64,000 nt of DNA, taken from the IMG/VR virus record IMGVR_UViG_3300037089_000506; one strand, given 5' to 3'. The translations under genes were made by a program, and so were the position numbers. The notes under the pieces are model-generated. The model was not told the DNA's origin. It saw nothing but the letters and a program-made list of their open reading frames with translations, and searched no databases. How positions within the stretch are numbered: position 1 is the first letter of the stretch; each line of letters opens with the position of its first letter. This document shows positions 1 to 9,200 of the stretch, piece after piece. Source of the stretch: a virus.

Positions 1-1
1 C

Positions 2-502
2 CGGAACTCCTACAACAAGACGGAACGCCTCGGATTTGGGTACGGATGCGCTCGCCTCCGCTGCACCAATGGCATGGCTCTTCTCGTTTCCGAGACTTCC
101 CTGTTCTATCGCCACAATCAGGAATTCGACCTTGAGAAAATCAAGAATGTTCTCTTCGAGCGAATCCAAGAGAACAGTTCCCTCGTGGAGAAGGTCTACG
201 CTCGCCTGAATCAGGAGAAGGGCATCAACTATCTTCAGAACCTCATCAATGGCGATTTCCCTGCCAAATTTAAGCTCGCTGTTATTGAGAAAATGACACC
301 CTATGCCACCATCAAGAGCGTTAGAAGGCCCCTGGTAGAGGGCGAGAAGAGGGAAGTGCTGGAAATTGAGAGCATCAAAACAAATGCTTCCGGTTGGGCA
401 GTCTACAACGTCGCTACCGATGTTTCCACCCATCAGATTACCTCCGCTGTGGAGCAGGACGTTCTGGACCGCAGGATCGCCAGAGCCTTCAACGTAAGGT
501 AA
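2..502 (+). CDS. DUF932-family protein, 5' end outside the window
   Basis: The frame is open from base 2 and reads RNSYNKTERLGFGYGCARLRCTNGM, matching the NSxD...RLxCxNG signature of DUF932 phage/plasmid proteins. Confidence 0.65.
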   Translation, partial: RNSYNKTERLGFGYGCARLRCTNGMALLVSETSLFYRHNQEFDLEKIKNVLFERIQENSSLVEKVYARLNQEKGINYLQNLINGDFPAKFKLAVIEKMTPYATIKSVRRPLVEGEKREVLEIESIKTNASGWAVYNVATDVSTHQITSAVEQDVLDRRIARAFNVR

Positions 503-513
503 AGTAAGTATAA

Positions 514-540
514 AGGGGGAGGAAACTTCCCCTATTTTTT
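514..540 (+). terminator. Rho-independent terminator
   Basis: GGGGAG-GAAA-CTTCCCC hairpin followed by a T-run just after the DUF932 stop. Confidence 0.7.
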
Positions 541-552
541 AAGGAGAATAAT

Positions 553-729
553 ATGACAACAGAAGACAAAAAATTCAAAGACAAGATATATGAAGCTGTT
601 GATAGTCATTATCCTCTTATGATCACCAAACAGGAAAATAATAAACTGGATGAATTGATAGAACGAGGGTATATTAATCCCTTTTTTCTTATTATGTCAA
701 GGAGATTTAAAATCGTCGTGAAACAATAA
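553..729 (+). CDS. Small hypothetical protein (58 aa), missed by the ORF track
   Basis: AAGGAG ribosome-binding site, then ATG at 553 (MTTEDKKFKDKIYEAV...). Confidence 0.6.
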   Translation: MTTEDKKFKDKIYEAVDSHYPLMITKQENNKLDELIERGYINPFFLIMSRRFKIVVKQ

Positions 730-747
730 AAAATAATACGAATTATA

Positions 748-776
748 TTGACACCCTTCCTAATAAGATGTATATT
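748..776 (+). promoter_or_regulatory. Sigma70-type early promoter
   Basis: TTGACA-N17-TATATT. It implies the downstream gene starts at ATG 804. Confidence 0.7.
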
Positions 777-803
777 ATTATTAGCTTAGATGAAGGAGAG
801 TGT

Positions 804-1715
804 ATGAATACTGTTGGAATGGGTAGGAAGCCTTTTGTATCTGAGGCTGTTGAGCAGTTCAAAATTGCCAACTCCCATGTGGACTTTACTGACACTTCTA
901 TAATGAGCGCTTACAATCTCTATCGGGATTGGGCTCAAATGACTGGAAAGAAAGAAGTGTCCTACGTCTCTTTTCTCCATACCTTCGAGGCTCCTGAAGC
1001 TCCCGTCAAGAAGGAAAACCTTCTGAGCCTCACTGAGCAGTTTGACCTTTTGGAGAGGTATGTGAAGATAGTGGACAGCGGAATTCTTAAAGCTCTCTAC
1101 GTTCATGGAGAGCCTGGAATAGGCAAGACATTGACAGTGGAGAAGCTTCTTCCCAAGACCAATGACAAGTATCAGTACTTCTCTGGTGGAGTTAAAGGTA
1201 GCTATGAACTTGCTAAGATTCTCTACAATAACAGGGAAGGTAAGGTACTGATATTTGACGACTTTGACTCTGTGTTCAAGACCCAAACCCAGGTAGACGT
1301 ATTGAAGATAGCACTCCAGAACAAGCCTGTAAGGACTATTACCTGGATGGACGGAACCAAGAGGACGAAGGGAGACAAGCTTCCTGAGAACTTCGAGTTC
1401 ACCTCCTCCATTATCTTCATCTCTAACAAGTGTAGATTGGACGCTGCTATTCAGTCCCGCTGCAAAATCATGGGTTTCAATACCTCTAAGATGCAGGTTC
1501 TAGACTATATCAAGAGCAAGTTTGGAACCTTCATGAAGGAGATTCCCCTTTCGGTGAGGATAGAGGTTTACAACTTCTTCGCTTCTAATCTTGCCTCGTT
1601 CCCCAGGGTGGACTTCAATCTCTTCTACAACGTGTCGATAGATTGCTTTCTGGATTATCAGGATAAGCGCACTGATGGCCACTGGAAGTTAGCTGCACTT
1701 AATGGAGTTGTATGA
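804..1715 (+). CDS. Phage P-loop/AAA+ ATPase
   Basis: Walker A GEPGIGKT, Walker B LIFDDFD and sensor IIFISN. RBS AAGGAG lies before ATG 804. Confidence 0.75.
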   Translation: MNTVGMGRKPFVSEAVEQFKIANSHVDFTDTSIMSAYNLYRDWAQMTGKKEVSYVSFLHTFEAPEAPVKKENLLSLTEQFDLLERYVKIVDSGILKALYVHGEPGIGKTLTVEKLLPKTNDKYQYFSGGVKGSYELAKILYNNREGKVLIFDDFDSVFKTQTQVDVLKIALQNKPVRTITWMDGTKRTKGDKLPENFEFTSSIIFISNKCRLDAAIQSRCKIMGFNTSKMQVLDYIKSKFGTFMKEIPLSVRIEVYNFFASNLASFPRVDFNLFYNVSIDCFLDYQDKRTDGHWKLAALNGVV

Positions 1716-1912
1716 TGTTGCACTTTCTGTTTCACAGAATATTTACTAAAGAAATGAAGATAGACTTTATAGGGGTTTTATATGCCATCAAAGAACATAA
1801 AAAAATCTATGAAGTCTATCTTCAGGGAAAGAAGAGGTATTTTATTGCTTGGAATCTTGAGAATGCACAAACAAAATACCCTGGGCATATAGTTAGAAAA
1901 GTTTGGATATAA
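1712..1912 (+). CDS. Hypothetical protein
   Basis: ATGA overlap with the upstream gene; sits in a co-directional run. Confidence 0.5.
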   Translation: MMLHFLFHRIFTKEMKIDFIGVLYAIKEHKKIYEVYLQGKKRYFIAWNLENAQTKYPGHIVRKVWI

Positions 1913-1924
1913 GGAGAAAAGAAA

Positions 1925-2179
1925 ATGCAAGTGAAAATGAAAATGAAGTATGTAATGAATGAAAATGACACTTTTGTTCTCATTCCTATTTTTATGCCTC
2001 ATACTACTTTAGGGTTTCAAGTAATTTCTGCTGGGTTTGTAAATTTTGATACCTACGAAGATGACTGTAAGAATCTTTGTTTAAGGGCTCTTTGTTATGG
2101 AGAATCAACAGGGCTTGGAGTAGAATCAAGAGAAGAGGATAGTAGTATTATCACTAAAGGACTTCAGTTTAATCTATAA
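1925..2179 (+). CDS. Hypothetical protein
   Basis: AAGGAG RBS; ends GESTGLGVESREEDSSII, a common small phage-protein ending. Confidence 0.55.
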   Translation: MQVKMKMKYVMNENDTFVLIPIFMPHTTLGFQVISAGFVNFDTYEDDCKNLCLRALCYGESTGLGVESREEDSSIITKGLQFNL

Positions 2180-2190
2180 GGAGAAAAGAA

Positions 2191-2598
2191 ATGGAAATCA
2201 AAGAAGTTAAACCAGGGCGCTATACTGGGACAGAGAAGGTCCTATTGAGGGAGTTTGGTTATTTTTATTTAGACAAGTATATGCCTAACTTTGAGTCAGT
2301 TCCAGAAGGCACTCTTACTTATGCTCAAATAAATCAGTATCATTCTGCTTATGCTAAAGCTGATAAAGATATACTTATGCTAGGTATAACTCGATTTCAG
2401 TTTAATGAAGATGATGGTATTCTTACCATTCAACTTCATCGTCCTGGCATATTCATAGGGTCCATAGGGGATAATCTGTATGGTATAGAGAAGAAACTGA
2501 AGGAAGAGAATCCTAGTCTCAAAAAGATAAAGCTAGTAGAGGAAACATTGAATGACTTCATCTATCCTGTTGATTATACAGAAGAGGAGGATTATTGA
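2191..2598 (+). CDS. KH type-II domain protein resembling the N-terminal KH domain of ribosomal protein S3
   Basis: ILTIQLHRPGIFIGSIGDNLYGIEKKL aligns by eye with the S3 segment [22 protein letters not shown]. Confidence 0.6.
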   Translation: MEIKEVKPGRYTGTEKVLLREFGYFYLDKYMPNFESVPEGTLTYAQINQYHSAYAKADKDILMLGITRFQFNEDDGILTIQLHRPGIFIGSIGDNLYGIEKKLKEENPSLKKIKLVEETLNDFIYPVDYTEEEDY

Positions 2599-2599
2599 T

Positions 2600-2779
2600 A
2601 TGAATACACCTAATCCCTGTTCTACTTGTGGTTTTCTCTATGTAGACTGTATGTATCAGGATGATCCTAATTATGCTGCTGAATGCATAAAGAACTTAAA
2701 AATGGGAAATTTGGCATGCTCTAGTTATAAGTATTATAAGCAGGTAACACAGGAAGAGAAGTGGGGCATGACTAAATAA
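2600..2779 (+). CDS. Small Cys-rich hypothetical protein
   Basis: GAGGAGG RBS before ATG 2600; contains CxxC...C...C...C. Confidence 0.5.
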   Translation: MNTPNPCSTCGFLYVDCMYQDDPNYAAECIKNLKMGNLACSSYKYYKQVTQEEKWGMTK

Positions 2780-2781
2780 CT

Positions 2782-3231
2782 ATGGAAATACTTACATTTG
2801 GTAATGAAATTCTAACTCGTAAAGCTAAAGAGGTTACAGACTTTACTGTAATCCCTAAACTGGTATCAGACATGTTTGAAGTTTTAGATAAAGGAGGAAT
2901 AGGTTTGGCTGCTCCTCAAGTAGGAGTTTCACTACGTTTATTTATTACAGACGTAGTGGGAGATAAAAAAAGAATATTCATAAACCCTAAAATAACATCT
3001 ATCTCTGCTATGACTTGTAGCATGGAGGAAGGCTGTCTGTCTTTTCCTGGAATCTATTTTCCTGTAGAAAGGCCGGAAGGGATAATGATTGAGTATTATG
3101 ACGAGGAAAATAAAAAACAGGGTATGTGGGCATCAGGTATGTTAGCACGGGTAATCCAACATGAATATGACCATCTTGACGGAATTCTATTTATCAAGTA
3201 TTATAATTGGGAGGTTAAACATGAAAAATAA
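2782..3231 (+). CDS. def: Peptide deformylase
   Basis: All three PDF motifs are present: GIGLAAPQVG, EGCLS and QHEYDHLDG. Confidence 0.95.
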   Translation: MEILTFGNEILTRKAKEVTDFTVIPKLVSDMFEVLDKGGIGLAAPQVGVSLRLFITDVVGDKKRIFINPKITSISAMTCSMEEGCLSFPGIYFPVERPEGIMIEYYDEENKKQGMWASGMLARVIQHEYDHLDGILFIKYYNWEVKHEK

Positions 3232-3529
3232 ACATACTGTTGGAAAATGGTGGGTAGGGGATAGCTATGAAGGCCAGAGGGAAGGGTATGTAGGCATACA
3301 TAGTCCTGAATGGGCGGCATTAGCAGAAGTCTGTATTGAGGTGGATAATGAAAAATCAGAGGAGGGTTGGGATAATGCCTATCTGATGGCTGCTTCAATA
3401 GAATTATATGATGCGTGTAGGGCATTTGTAAAGGCAATGAAAACTGATGGGAATAAGGGGCTTAATAAAGCATATCAATTGGCACAAGAAGCTATAGCAA
3501 AAGCAAAGAGCAGAGGAAACATAATATGA
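3221..3529 (+). CDS. Hypothetical phage protein of the HTxGxW...NAxLxAA type
   Basis: GGAGG RBS before ATG 3221; reads KHTVGKWWV...DNAYLMAASIELY. Confidence 0.55.
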   Translation: MKNKHTVGKWWVGDSYEGQREGYVGIHSPEWAALAEVCIEVDNEKSEEGWDNAYLMAASIELYDACRAFVKAMKTDGNKGLNKAYQLAQEAIAKAKSRGNII

Positions 3530-3735
3530 GTGATGTTGTAGAGGTTCAGAAAAAAGTAATAGAAGCTCAGTTTAGCGAAGTGCCAGAAGCTCTACTAAAA
3601 TTAATAAATGTAAAACAAAGCTTGAATGATCTTATTTCTGATCCTCAAGCATCACAAATGCCCCCAGATTTACTGAAGATACTCACTATGTGTAATACTA
3701 CATTATGTTCTTTTAATTTTGTGGATGAAAACTAA
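3526..3735 (+). CDS. Hypothetical protein
   Basis: ATGA overlap with the upstream gene. Confidence 0.5.
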   Translation: MSDVVEVQKKVIEAQFSEVPEALLKLINVKQSLNDLISDPQASQMPPDLLKILTMCNTTLCSFNFVDEN

Positions 3736-3746
3736 GGAGAAATACT

Positions 3747-3899
3747 ATGAATGATGATGAGAGAAACTTAAAATTCCTTATTGAATCAGGGGAACTGAGT
3801 ATAGAGGACTTATATCCTAAAGATATATTAATAGAAAGGCAGCCAGGAGAGGTTTCCAAAATAGCAACTCCTTACAATCATCCTGAGTGGAGAGAATAG
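3747..3899 (+). CDS. Small hypothetical protein (50 aa), missed by the ORF track
   Basis: AAGGAG RBS, ATG 3747 (MNDDERNLKFLIESG...). Confidence 0.5.
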   Translation: MNDDERNLKFLIESGELSIEDLYPKDILIERQPGEVSKIATPYNHPEWRE

Positions 3900-4276
3900 T
3901 GAATGTATTTATTTTAGAGGACGACCCTAGCAACTATAGAATACCCTTATTTCAAGAGAAGCTACAAAATCATACTCTTTACATTGCTAAAGATGTAGAA
4001 CAGGGTAAAAAAACTTTAGAGTATATCTTAAAAGAAGGTATCCATATTGATTTTATTTTCCTTGATCATGACTTAGGTGGTAGAGTCTATGTTAGTTCTG
4101 ATGATTCTAATGTAGGTACCCGCATAGCAGAATTCCTCCAAGCTCATGAAGAGTTTAATAATACTAAAGTATATTTTCATACTCAAAACAGAGTAGGGGC
4201 TCAAGCAATGCAGGTGATACTTCCAAAAGGTATAATATACCCCTTCCCTGAACTAATACAAAATTTATCAGGATAA
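3887..4276 (+). CDS. Cyclic-phosphate-processing receiver (cREC-like) domain protein; probable start GTG 3899
   Basis: FILEDD, FLDHDLGG and HTQNxxGAxAM motifs. Confidence 0.7.
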   Translation: MERIVNVFILEDDPSNYRIPLFQEKLQNHTLYIAKDVEQGKKTLEYILKEGIHIDFIFLDHDLGGRVYVSSDDSNVGTRIAEFLQAHEEFNNTKVYFHTQNRVGAQAMQVILPKGIIYPFPELIQNLSG

Positions 4277-4324
4277 TTCTTGATATTTACCTTTATAGGT
4301 AGTATACTTCTTATAGGAGGGAAT

Positions 4325-4558
4325 ATGAACTGGTATTTTAGATTTATGTTCAAGCAGCCTCTCTTGAAGAGTAGATTTGTGAAGATTGCTGGAACATGCA
4401 ATGAAACAAGAACTACTCTCTATAATATCATTGGTGATAAGTGGGGCTTTCAATATGAGGAAGAAGCATTTCTACCTCAAATTGATTACTACCACTTGAC
4501 TGAGATTTCTTTAGATGAACTGGAGAAGAATCCCCAGTTACTAGATTATGATGAGTGA
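4325..4558 (+). CDS. Hypothetical phage protein
   Basis: GGAGG RBS before ATG 4325; reads NWYFxF...VKIxGT...WGFQYEE. Confidence 0.55.
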   Translation: MNWYFRFMFKQPLLKSRFVKIAGTCNETRTTLYNIIGDKWGFQYEEEAFLPQIDYYHLTEISLDELEKNPQLLDYDE

Positions 4559-4841
4559 GGAGGAGAATATGAAATTTTTTAGGAATATACTACAAACAAT
4601 GGCAACGGAATGTATTCATCAAATGGTTTCAAATAATCATTTAGGCGATGAGAATAGTATATACTATAAGTTGAACTTACAAGTCTATAAAGAAAAATTA
4701 TGGAAAGTGAATAACTTATTATATGATATACTCAGTTGGAACAGACTTAAATTTCTTGCTAGAATCCATGGTATCAAAGTAAAAAAGTATCCTAAGTATA
4801 CCTGCTCACTGGAAGTGGAGGAACTATTTAAGGTGAAATAA
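4548..4841 (+). CDS. Hypothetical protein
   Basis: Last gene of the + strand run; converges on 4844. Confidence 0.5.
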   Translation: MMSEEENMKFFRNILQTMATECIHQMVSNNHLGDENSIYYKLNLQVYKEKLWKVNNLLYDILSWNRLKFLARIHGIKVKKYPKYTCSLEVEELFKVK

Positions 4842-4843
4842 AT

Positions 4844-7447
4844 TTACCAATTCAATCCCTGGTCTTTTGGAGAAGTATCTGAGGTTTCCCCTGCTGTTTC
4901 CATACCACCAGTAGTATTCACTATACCATAATCTAAATCTTTACCTATTTGCTCTGGAGATACTTCTTTACCATAGCATTTTATTAATGCCCATCTAATT
5001 ATACCACATATATATGTTTGAAGCTCCTCACCACCCTCGTTTCTTCCAATATTTGTTGTATCTCTTGTGGGTTTATATAACTTTTTGAAAATATTAATTG
5101 CCTGTTTATACGGAATCTTATCTGTTCCATTAGTTGGGGTTGGGTCATGAAAAAGTCTTCCTTCTAATGTTCCATCATTATACCATCCCACTAAATCTTG
5201 TTGTTTCTTTGGATTTATCAACATATTATATAATAATTGGAGGTTTGCTTCTTGGAGGTGGGCACTCTCATTCATCCCCATCTTATTCTGTAATTCATAC
5301 CTACAAATAGCAAATAGTTTTTTTAGCTGTTTTACATAAGGTAAATCAACAGCCTTTAGAAATCCTTGTTCATCATTATTCATAATAGCATTTACAGCCT
5401 CAATGGACTCTTCAGAGTTATCAGGATTATTACCACCATAAGATGCTACTCTAAAATGCTCAAAGTCAAAGAAGCCCTGAGCAGTATGCTGTCCTTTGTT
5501 GGTAGTACCAATTTCTAGCATATCTTTAGTTTCATCAGAGCCAGCTATAACCATTACCTCATTATAATGGTGGGTATATGCCCAATCCATAGCAGCATTG
5601 AAATCAGTAATTTCTTTATCAAAACAGCATTTTATTTTAGTCAACTCCTCTATTATTTGTGCTCTTTGCTTCACTGAAACTTCATCACCACTAAATGTCT
5701 TATCCCTTTGTAAAAACACTATAGCCTCTGCCTGCTGGTGGTCTGCTGTAGCTTTTACTTTCTTCAGCATTTCAAAGTGTTGTTTAGTTGGAGGATTGAA
5801 TGAACCAAAGGCACATACTAATTTTTTACCTGGAACCTTATTATCTTCTTCGGTTGGAGGAGCTGGCAACCCCTTGTTAGGGTCTTCCATATCTGCCTTA
5901 CCTTTAGGTTCTTCAGGATTCTCTTCACCAGTCTGTTCTTTATTACCAGGAAAAGAATCTATTTCATGTAGGGGGTTTCTATCTCTTTTGATTAAAGAAA
6001 GGGTAAAATCATTAGAATTATTACTATTAGCTACAATCTTATTATAAATTGGAAATGCTAATTGAATAGTTTCTGCCAATACTTTAGACATATGGGCATG
6101 AGAATATTCAAGTAATGTAGACTCAAAGGTAATAATATCAGGGCTATTTTCTTTGATGAAATTCAATGTCTCCTGTATCATCTGTTGATAGCGTTGTTCT
6201 TCAGCTCCCGTCTCAAATTGGATAACTATTTCTTTGAGTTTAGATAGGCTTTCATAGAGAGAAGTTCGTGTATCTACATTTAATTTCATAGGGAGCTCAA
6301 ATTCATAGTTCTCATATTTTGAGTCTAACTCTAAAACACGATGTTTTAGGTGCTCTACAGTATTATTAAACCATGTTCTATATTGCTTTCCCTCTACTTC
6401 TTGTATAAGCATAGGACCATAAGGTGATTGAACTGTACTTTCTGGCATAGGTGTTTCCTCTTTATCTAAATTATACTGCTGCGGATTCTCATTGGGGTTC
6501 CCAGGATAAGCTTGGGATTGCTGAATTTGTTGATTTACAGGACTATTAACTGTCCTATTAGCCATTATTTGCTGTGCGGGGTCTTTCTGCTGTAAAGCTT
6601 GTGTCTTGGCCTGATTCACAGGGGTATCAGTAGGGTTTATATCTACTATAGGCTTCACACTTGACCCATGCCCATTTTGAGATGGTATAGGGGCTTTTGG
6701 GGCAGCAGTAGGTGGAGGGGTAGGGTTTGATTCCCCTGGCAAATTAGGGTTCCTAATTTGTTTTAGCACGGACCCCGCTATTTGATTTAGGAAAAATTTA
6801 ATATGAACAAAAAACTCTAATGTATGCTTTGTTAGAATACTATTCATAGGGTGAATATCCAGCCATCCCATTCTTGTTTTACCATCAGGACCTAAATGTT
6901 TATGTGTTGGAGGAATATTTGTAGGCCATAAAGCCCCCCCTAACTGTGATAATTTATAATTAGCCCCCTGATATTGCCAAGAAACATCATCACAAAAAAT
7001 CTTAAAATCAGTATCTGTTAGGAACGCCTTAATTTCCTCTATAGAGATGTTGTTTACTGGAGTATTAGATTTTCGAGTATCTTGGGGATTAAATTTCTTT
7101 TTTTGCTGTCTTGATTTTGCTAAAGCATATAACTTATTTAACCCCAAAAAAGAAATATAAATAGTGTAAAGTCCTGAAGGGTCTCTTTCTATAGCAAAAT
7201 CTTTCTGAGGGTTTACAGATTTATATATATGGGTGGGACCATACTTTTCCGTAGCAGTAACAAGAAGAGAACACTCAATAGTATTTTTCTCTTTATTTAA
7301 TTTTACTTCAATTAATTTCGTACTTTTTGGTGCATCACCCTCAATAGATGTTCTTTCTTTTGAGTACCACCGAGTAGTAGCAGAGGCTAAATCAAAATCT
7401 TTTCTCTTAGAAAGGTCTCTAAGGCTAAATTCATCAAATTCTTCCAT
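4844..7447 (-). CDS. Large multidomain protein (867 aa) with a C-terminal HIGH-like nucleotidyltransferase (cytidyltransferase-like) domain
   Basis: GSFNPPTKQH followed by VIAGSD and FRVASYG...PD. A Pro/Gln-rich linker is present and a late-type motif lies upstream. Confidence 0.6.
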   Translation of the reverse strand: MEEFDEFSLRDLSKRKDFDLASATTRWYSKERTSIEGDAPKSTKLIEVKLNKEKNTIECSLLVTATEKYGPTHIYKSVNPQKDFAIERDPSGLYTIYISFLGLNKLYALAKSRQQKKKFNPQDTRKSNTPVNNISIEEIKAFLTDTDFKIFCDDVSWQYQGANYKLSQLGGALWPTNIPPTHKHLGPDGKTRMGWLDIHPMNSILTKHTLEFFVHIKFFLNQIAGSVLKQIRNPNLPGESNPTPPPTAAPKAPIPSQNGHGSSVKPIVDINPTDTPVNQAKTQALQQKDPAQQIMANRTVNSPVNQQIQQSQAYPGNPNENPQQYNLDKEETPMPESTVQSPYGPMLIQEVEGKQYRTWFNNTVEHLKHRVLELDSKYENYEFELPMKLNVDTRTSLYESLSKLKEIVIQFETGAEEQRYQQMIQETLNFIKENSPDIITFESTLLEYSHAHMSKVLAETIQLAFPIYNKIVANSNNSNDFTLSLIKRDRNPLHEIDSFPGNKEQTGEENPEEPKGKADMEDPNKGLPAPPTEEDNKVPGKKLVCAFGSFNPPTKQHFEMLKKVKATADHQQAEAIVFLQRDKTFSGDEVSVKQRAQIIEELTKIKCCFDKEITDFNAAMDWAYTHHYNEVMVIAGSDETKDMLEIGTTNKGQHTAQGFFDFEHFRVASYGGNNPDNSEESIEAVNAIMNNDEQGFLKAVDLPYVKQLKKLFAICRYELQNKMGMNESAHLQEANLQLLYNMLINPKKQQDLVGWYNDGTLEGRLFHDPTPTNGTDKIPYKQAINIFKKLYKPTRDTTNIGRNEGGEELQTYICGIIRWALIKCYGKEVSPEQIGKDLDYGIVNTTGGMETAGETSDTSPKDQGLNW

Positions 7448-7455
7448 ATACTCAA

Positions 7456-8055
7456 TTAGTCTTTATTTTCTTTATAGTATTCCCAATGAAAACCTCCTGA
7501 AGTCTTTATTTTTCTTTTACATGCCATACAAATATTACTAGCGTGTACACCATATTTAATAGCAGCTTTATCAATAGAAGGGAAAACTTCTTGTGTTTCA
7601 ATACAAAATACAGATTTTACTCCACATTTTCTTTCTTTTTTAGTTTTAGATATTCTTTTTAATGTAGCTAAAGAGTGCCTCCTACCATAAAAAGGATTCT
7701 TTTTACCTATCATACACCTTCCCATCCTTTTTCTTACTTCTAGGGTGGGTATTCCATAATTATCTCCCCCGTTAGTCATATTATAACCTTTATCTATATT
7801 TGTGGTGTCATAAAAGGCTATCCAGTATATTTCTCTTTCTAAAAGTTTTTCTCTTGTTTCTGTTTCTTCTAATACCCCCCAAATAAAAGAATTTTCCCCA
7901 TATTCTCGAATAGCCCTATAAAAATGATAATCTAATCTTTTGTGTTTAGACTCATAAATATGAAAATACTTTCTTTTTTCTAAAGCTCTTACAGTTTGCC
8001 CTATATACCTTTTATTATTAAGTATATTAAGAGCATAATAAATAATACCATACAT
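7456..8055 (-). CDS. GIY-YIG homing endonuclease with NUMOD-type C-terminal DNA-binding repeats
   Basis: GIIY...RYIGQT...R, EIYWI, GYNMTNGG, KNPFYGRRHS and a C-terminal helix-turn-helix. Confidence 0.85.
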   Translation of the reverse strand: MYGIIYYALNILNNKRYIGQTVRALEKRKYFHIYESKHKRLDYHFYRAIREYGENSFIWGVLEETETREKLLEREIYWIAFYDTTNIDKGYNMTNGGDNYGIPTLEVRKRMGRCMIGKKNPFYGRRHSLATLKRISKTKKERKCGVKSVFCIETQEVFPSIDKAAIKYGVHASNICMACKRKIKTSGGFHWEYYKENKD

Positions 8056-8214
8056 TGTAGTTCCTTTACCTTTTAAGTTGTTAGTGCAACTGGGTAATTA
8101 ATTAGTATAAAAGGAAGTTAGACTAAGCGAACTACTCTTAGCCAGCAGTCACTAAACTGGTGTCCTTCCATCTTACTTCTAGCAGTGATATCTTTTATCA
8201 ATGCTGCCCATTCA

Positions 8215-8397
8215 TTAACGTGGATCACAATCACTATAAACAAGAAAAGCAGTATTAACAGCAGGATGTACTTCTACCCTATCTACAAACGCTACATGAG
8301 CATATCCTGTAGCAGTCCTACCAACATCAATAAAATCATTGATGTCTTTAGCTAAGCCACCTGTCTCTACAATGCTAAATGCCTTCATTTGTGTCAT
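8215..8397 (-). CDS. Hypothetical protein
   Basis: GGAG RBS; co-directional with neighbours. Confidence 0.45.
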   Translation of the reverse strand: MTQMKAFSIVETGGLAKDINDFIDVGRTATGYAHVAFVDRVEVHPAVNTAFLVYSDCDPR

Positions 8398-8399
8398 AT

Positions 8400-8687
8400 T
8401 TACTCCTTTTTCTCAACCTTAGATAGAGTACCACTTGCCATATCCAAAGAGGTATCGCCTAAATTATATTTAGCCGTTACTAATTTCCACCACTTTGATT
8501 CTTGATACTTAGCCTCTGCTAGATTCTCACCAGCAGCTTTATAAAAGGCTGAAATTAAATTAGCTTCCATTTCCTTTGGAAATTCCGTTCTATTCATAGC
8601 GGAGTCTGCCGTGACTTTCTTCGATACAATCATCCTGATACTCTCTAGTTCCTCATCAGTCAATTTCACATCTAATGCTTCTGCCAT
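8400..8687 (-). CDS. Hypothetical protein
   Basis: AAGGAG RBS before ATG 8687 (MAEALDVKL...). Confidence 0.55.
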   Translation of the reverse strand: MAEALDVKLTDEELESIRMIVSKKVTADSAMNRTEFPKEMEANLISAFYKAAGENLAEAKYQESKWWKLVTAKYNLGDTSLDMASGTLSKVEKKE

Positions 8688-8697
8688 TTCTATCTCC

Positions 8698-9186
8698 TTA
8701 TATATTAGTGTAACTTCGTTTTTCTTGTAAAAGAGTGGTGACTCCTCCTGAATCAATATCGTATATCTCTACATCCCCTTCAGTTTGTCTCATCAGGGTA
8801 ATCTTATCATGATATTCCATTATATTTTCTTTTATAGCCCAATAACAAAAATCTTTTATTTCTGGTTTTCTTAATGCTACTACATCACACCCTACCAACC
8901 AAAAACCCGTAAACCCATTATTTGTGCTTATGGTATAATAACGTATACGCAACCACCCCTCTATGAATAATTTTTTCATTATTTGTTCGGGCAATAAGGG
9001 TTCAATAGAAATATCAATATCAAATAGTGAAGGATTATCCAACACAAATTGGAAGTGTCCATCATTATTACCTATGTTATATATTTTAGAGCCCTTAACC
9101 CAATATCCTTTTTGGAGGGTACCTTCTTGTAAAGTGCCTATATACTCCATAGGATGAAAATCTGATTTAATATCATTTATGTCCAT
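8698..9186 (-). CDS. Hypothetical protein, paralogue of the N-terminal half of 9201..10367
   Basis: Shared MxIxDIxSDFHxMEYIG, GYW, H-x-QF and GWxRxRxY motifs. Confidence 0.65.
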   Translation of the reverse strand: MDINDIKSDFHPMEYIGTLQEGTLQKGYWVKGSKIYNIGNNDGHFQFVLDNPSLFDIDISIEPLLPEQIMKKLFIEGWLRIRYYTISTNNGFTGFWLVGCDVVALRKPEIKDFCYWAIKENIMEYHDKITLMRQTEGDVEIYDIDSGGVTTLLQEKRSYTNI

Positions 9187-9200
9187 GTCTATCCTTGTTT

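Noticed and set aside
804-1715. Clamp-loader or helicase-loader assignment for the first ATPase
   Set aside because: Only generic Walker and sensor motifs are visible, with no adjacent clamp or helicase gene.
7448-8214. Group I intron around either GIY-YIG gene (also 20202..21086)
   Set aside because: The flanking ORFs have their own starts and stops, do not join into one known protein, and no P/Q/R/S core was recognised.
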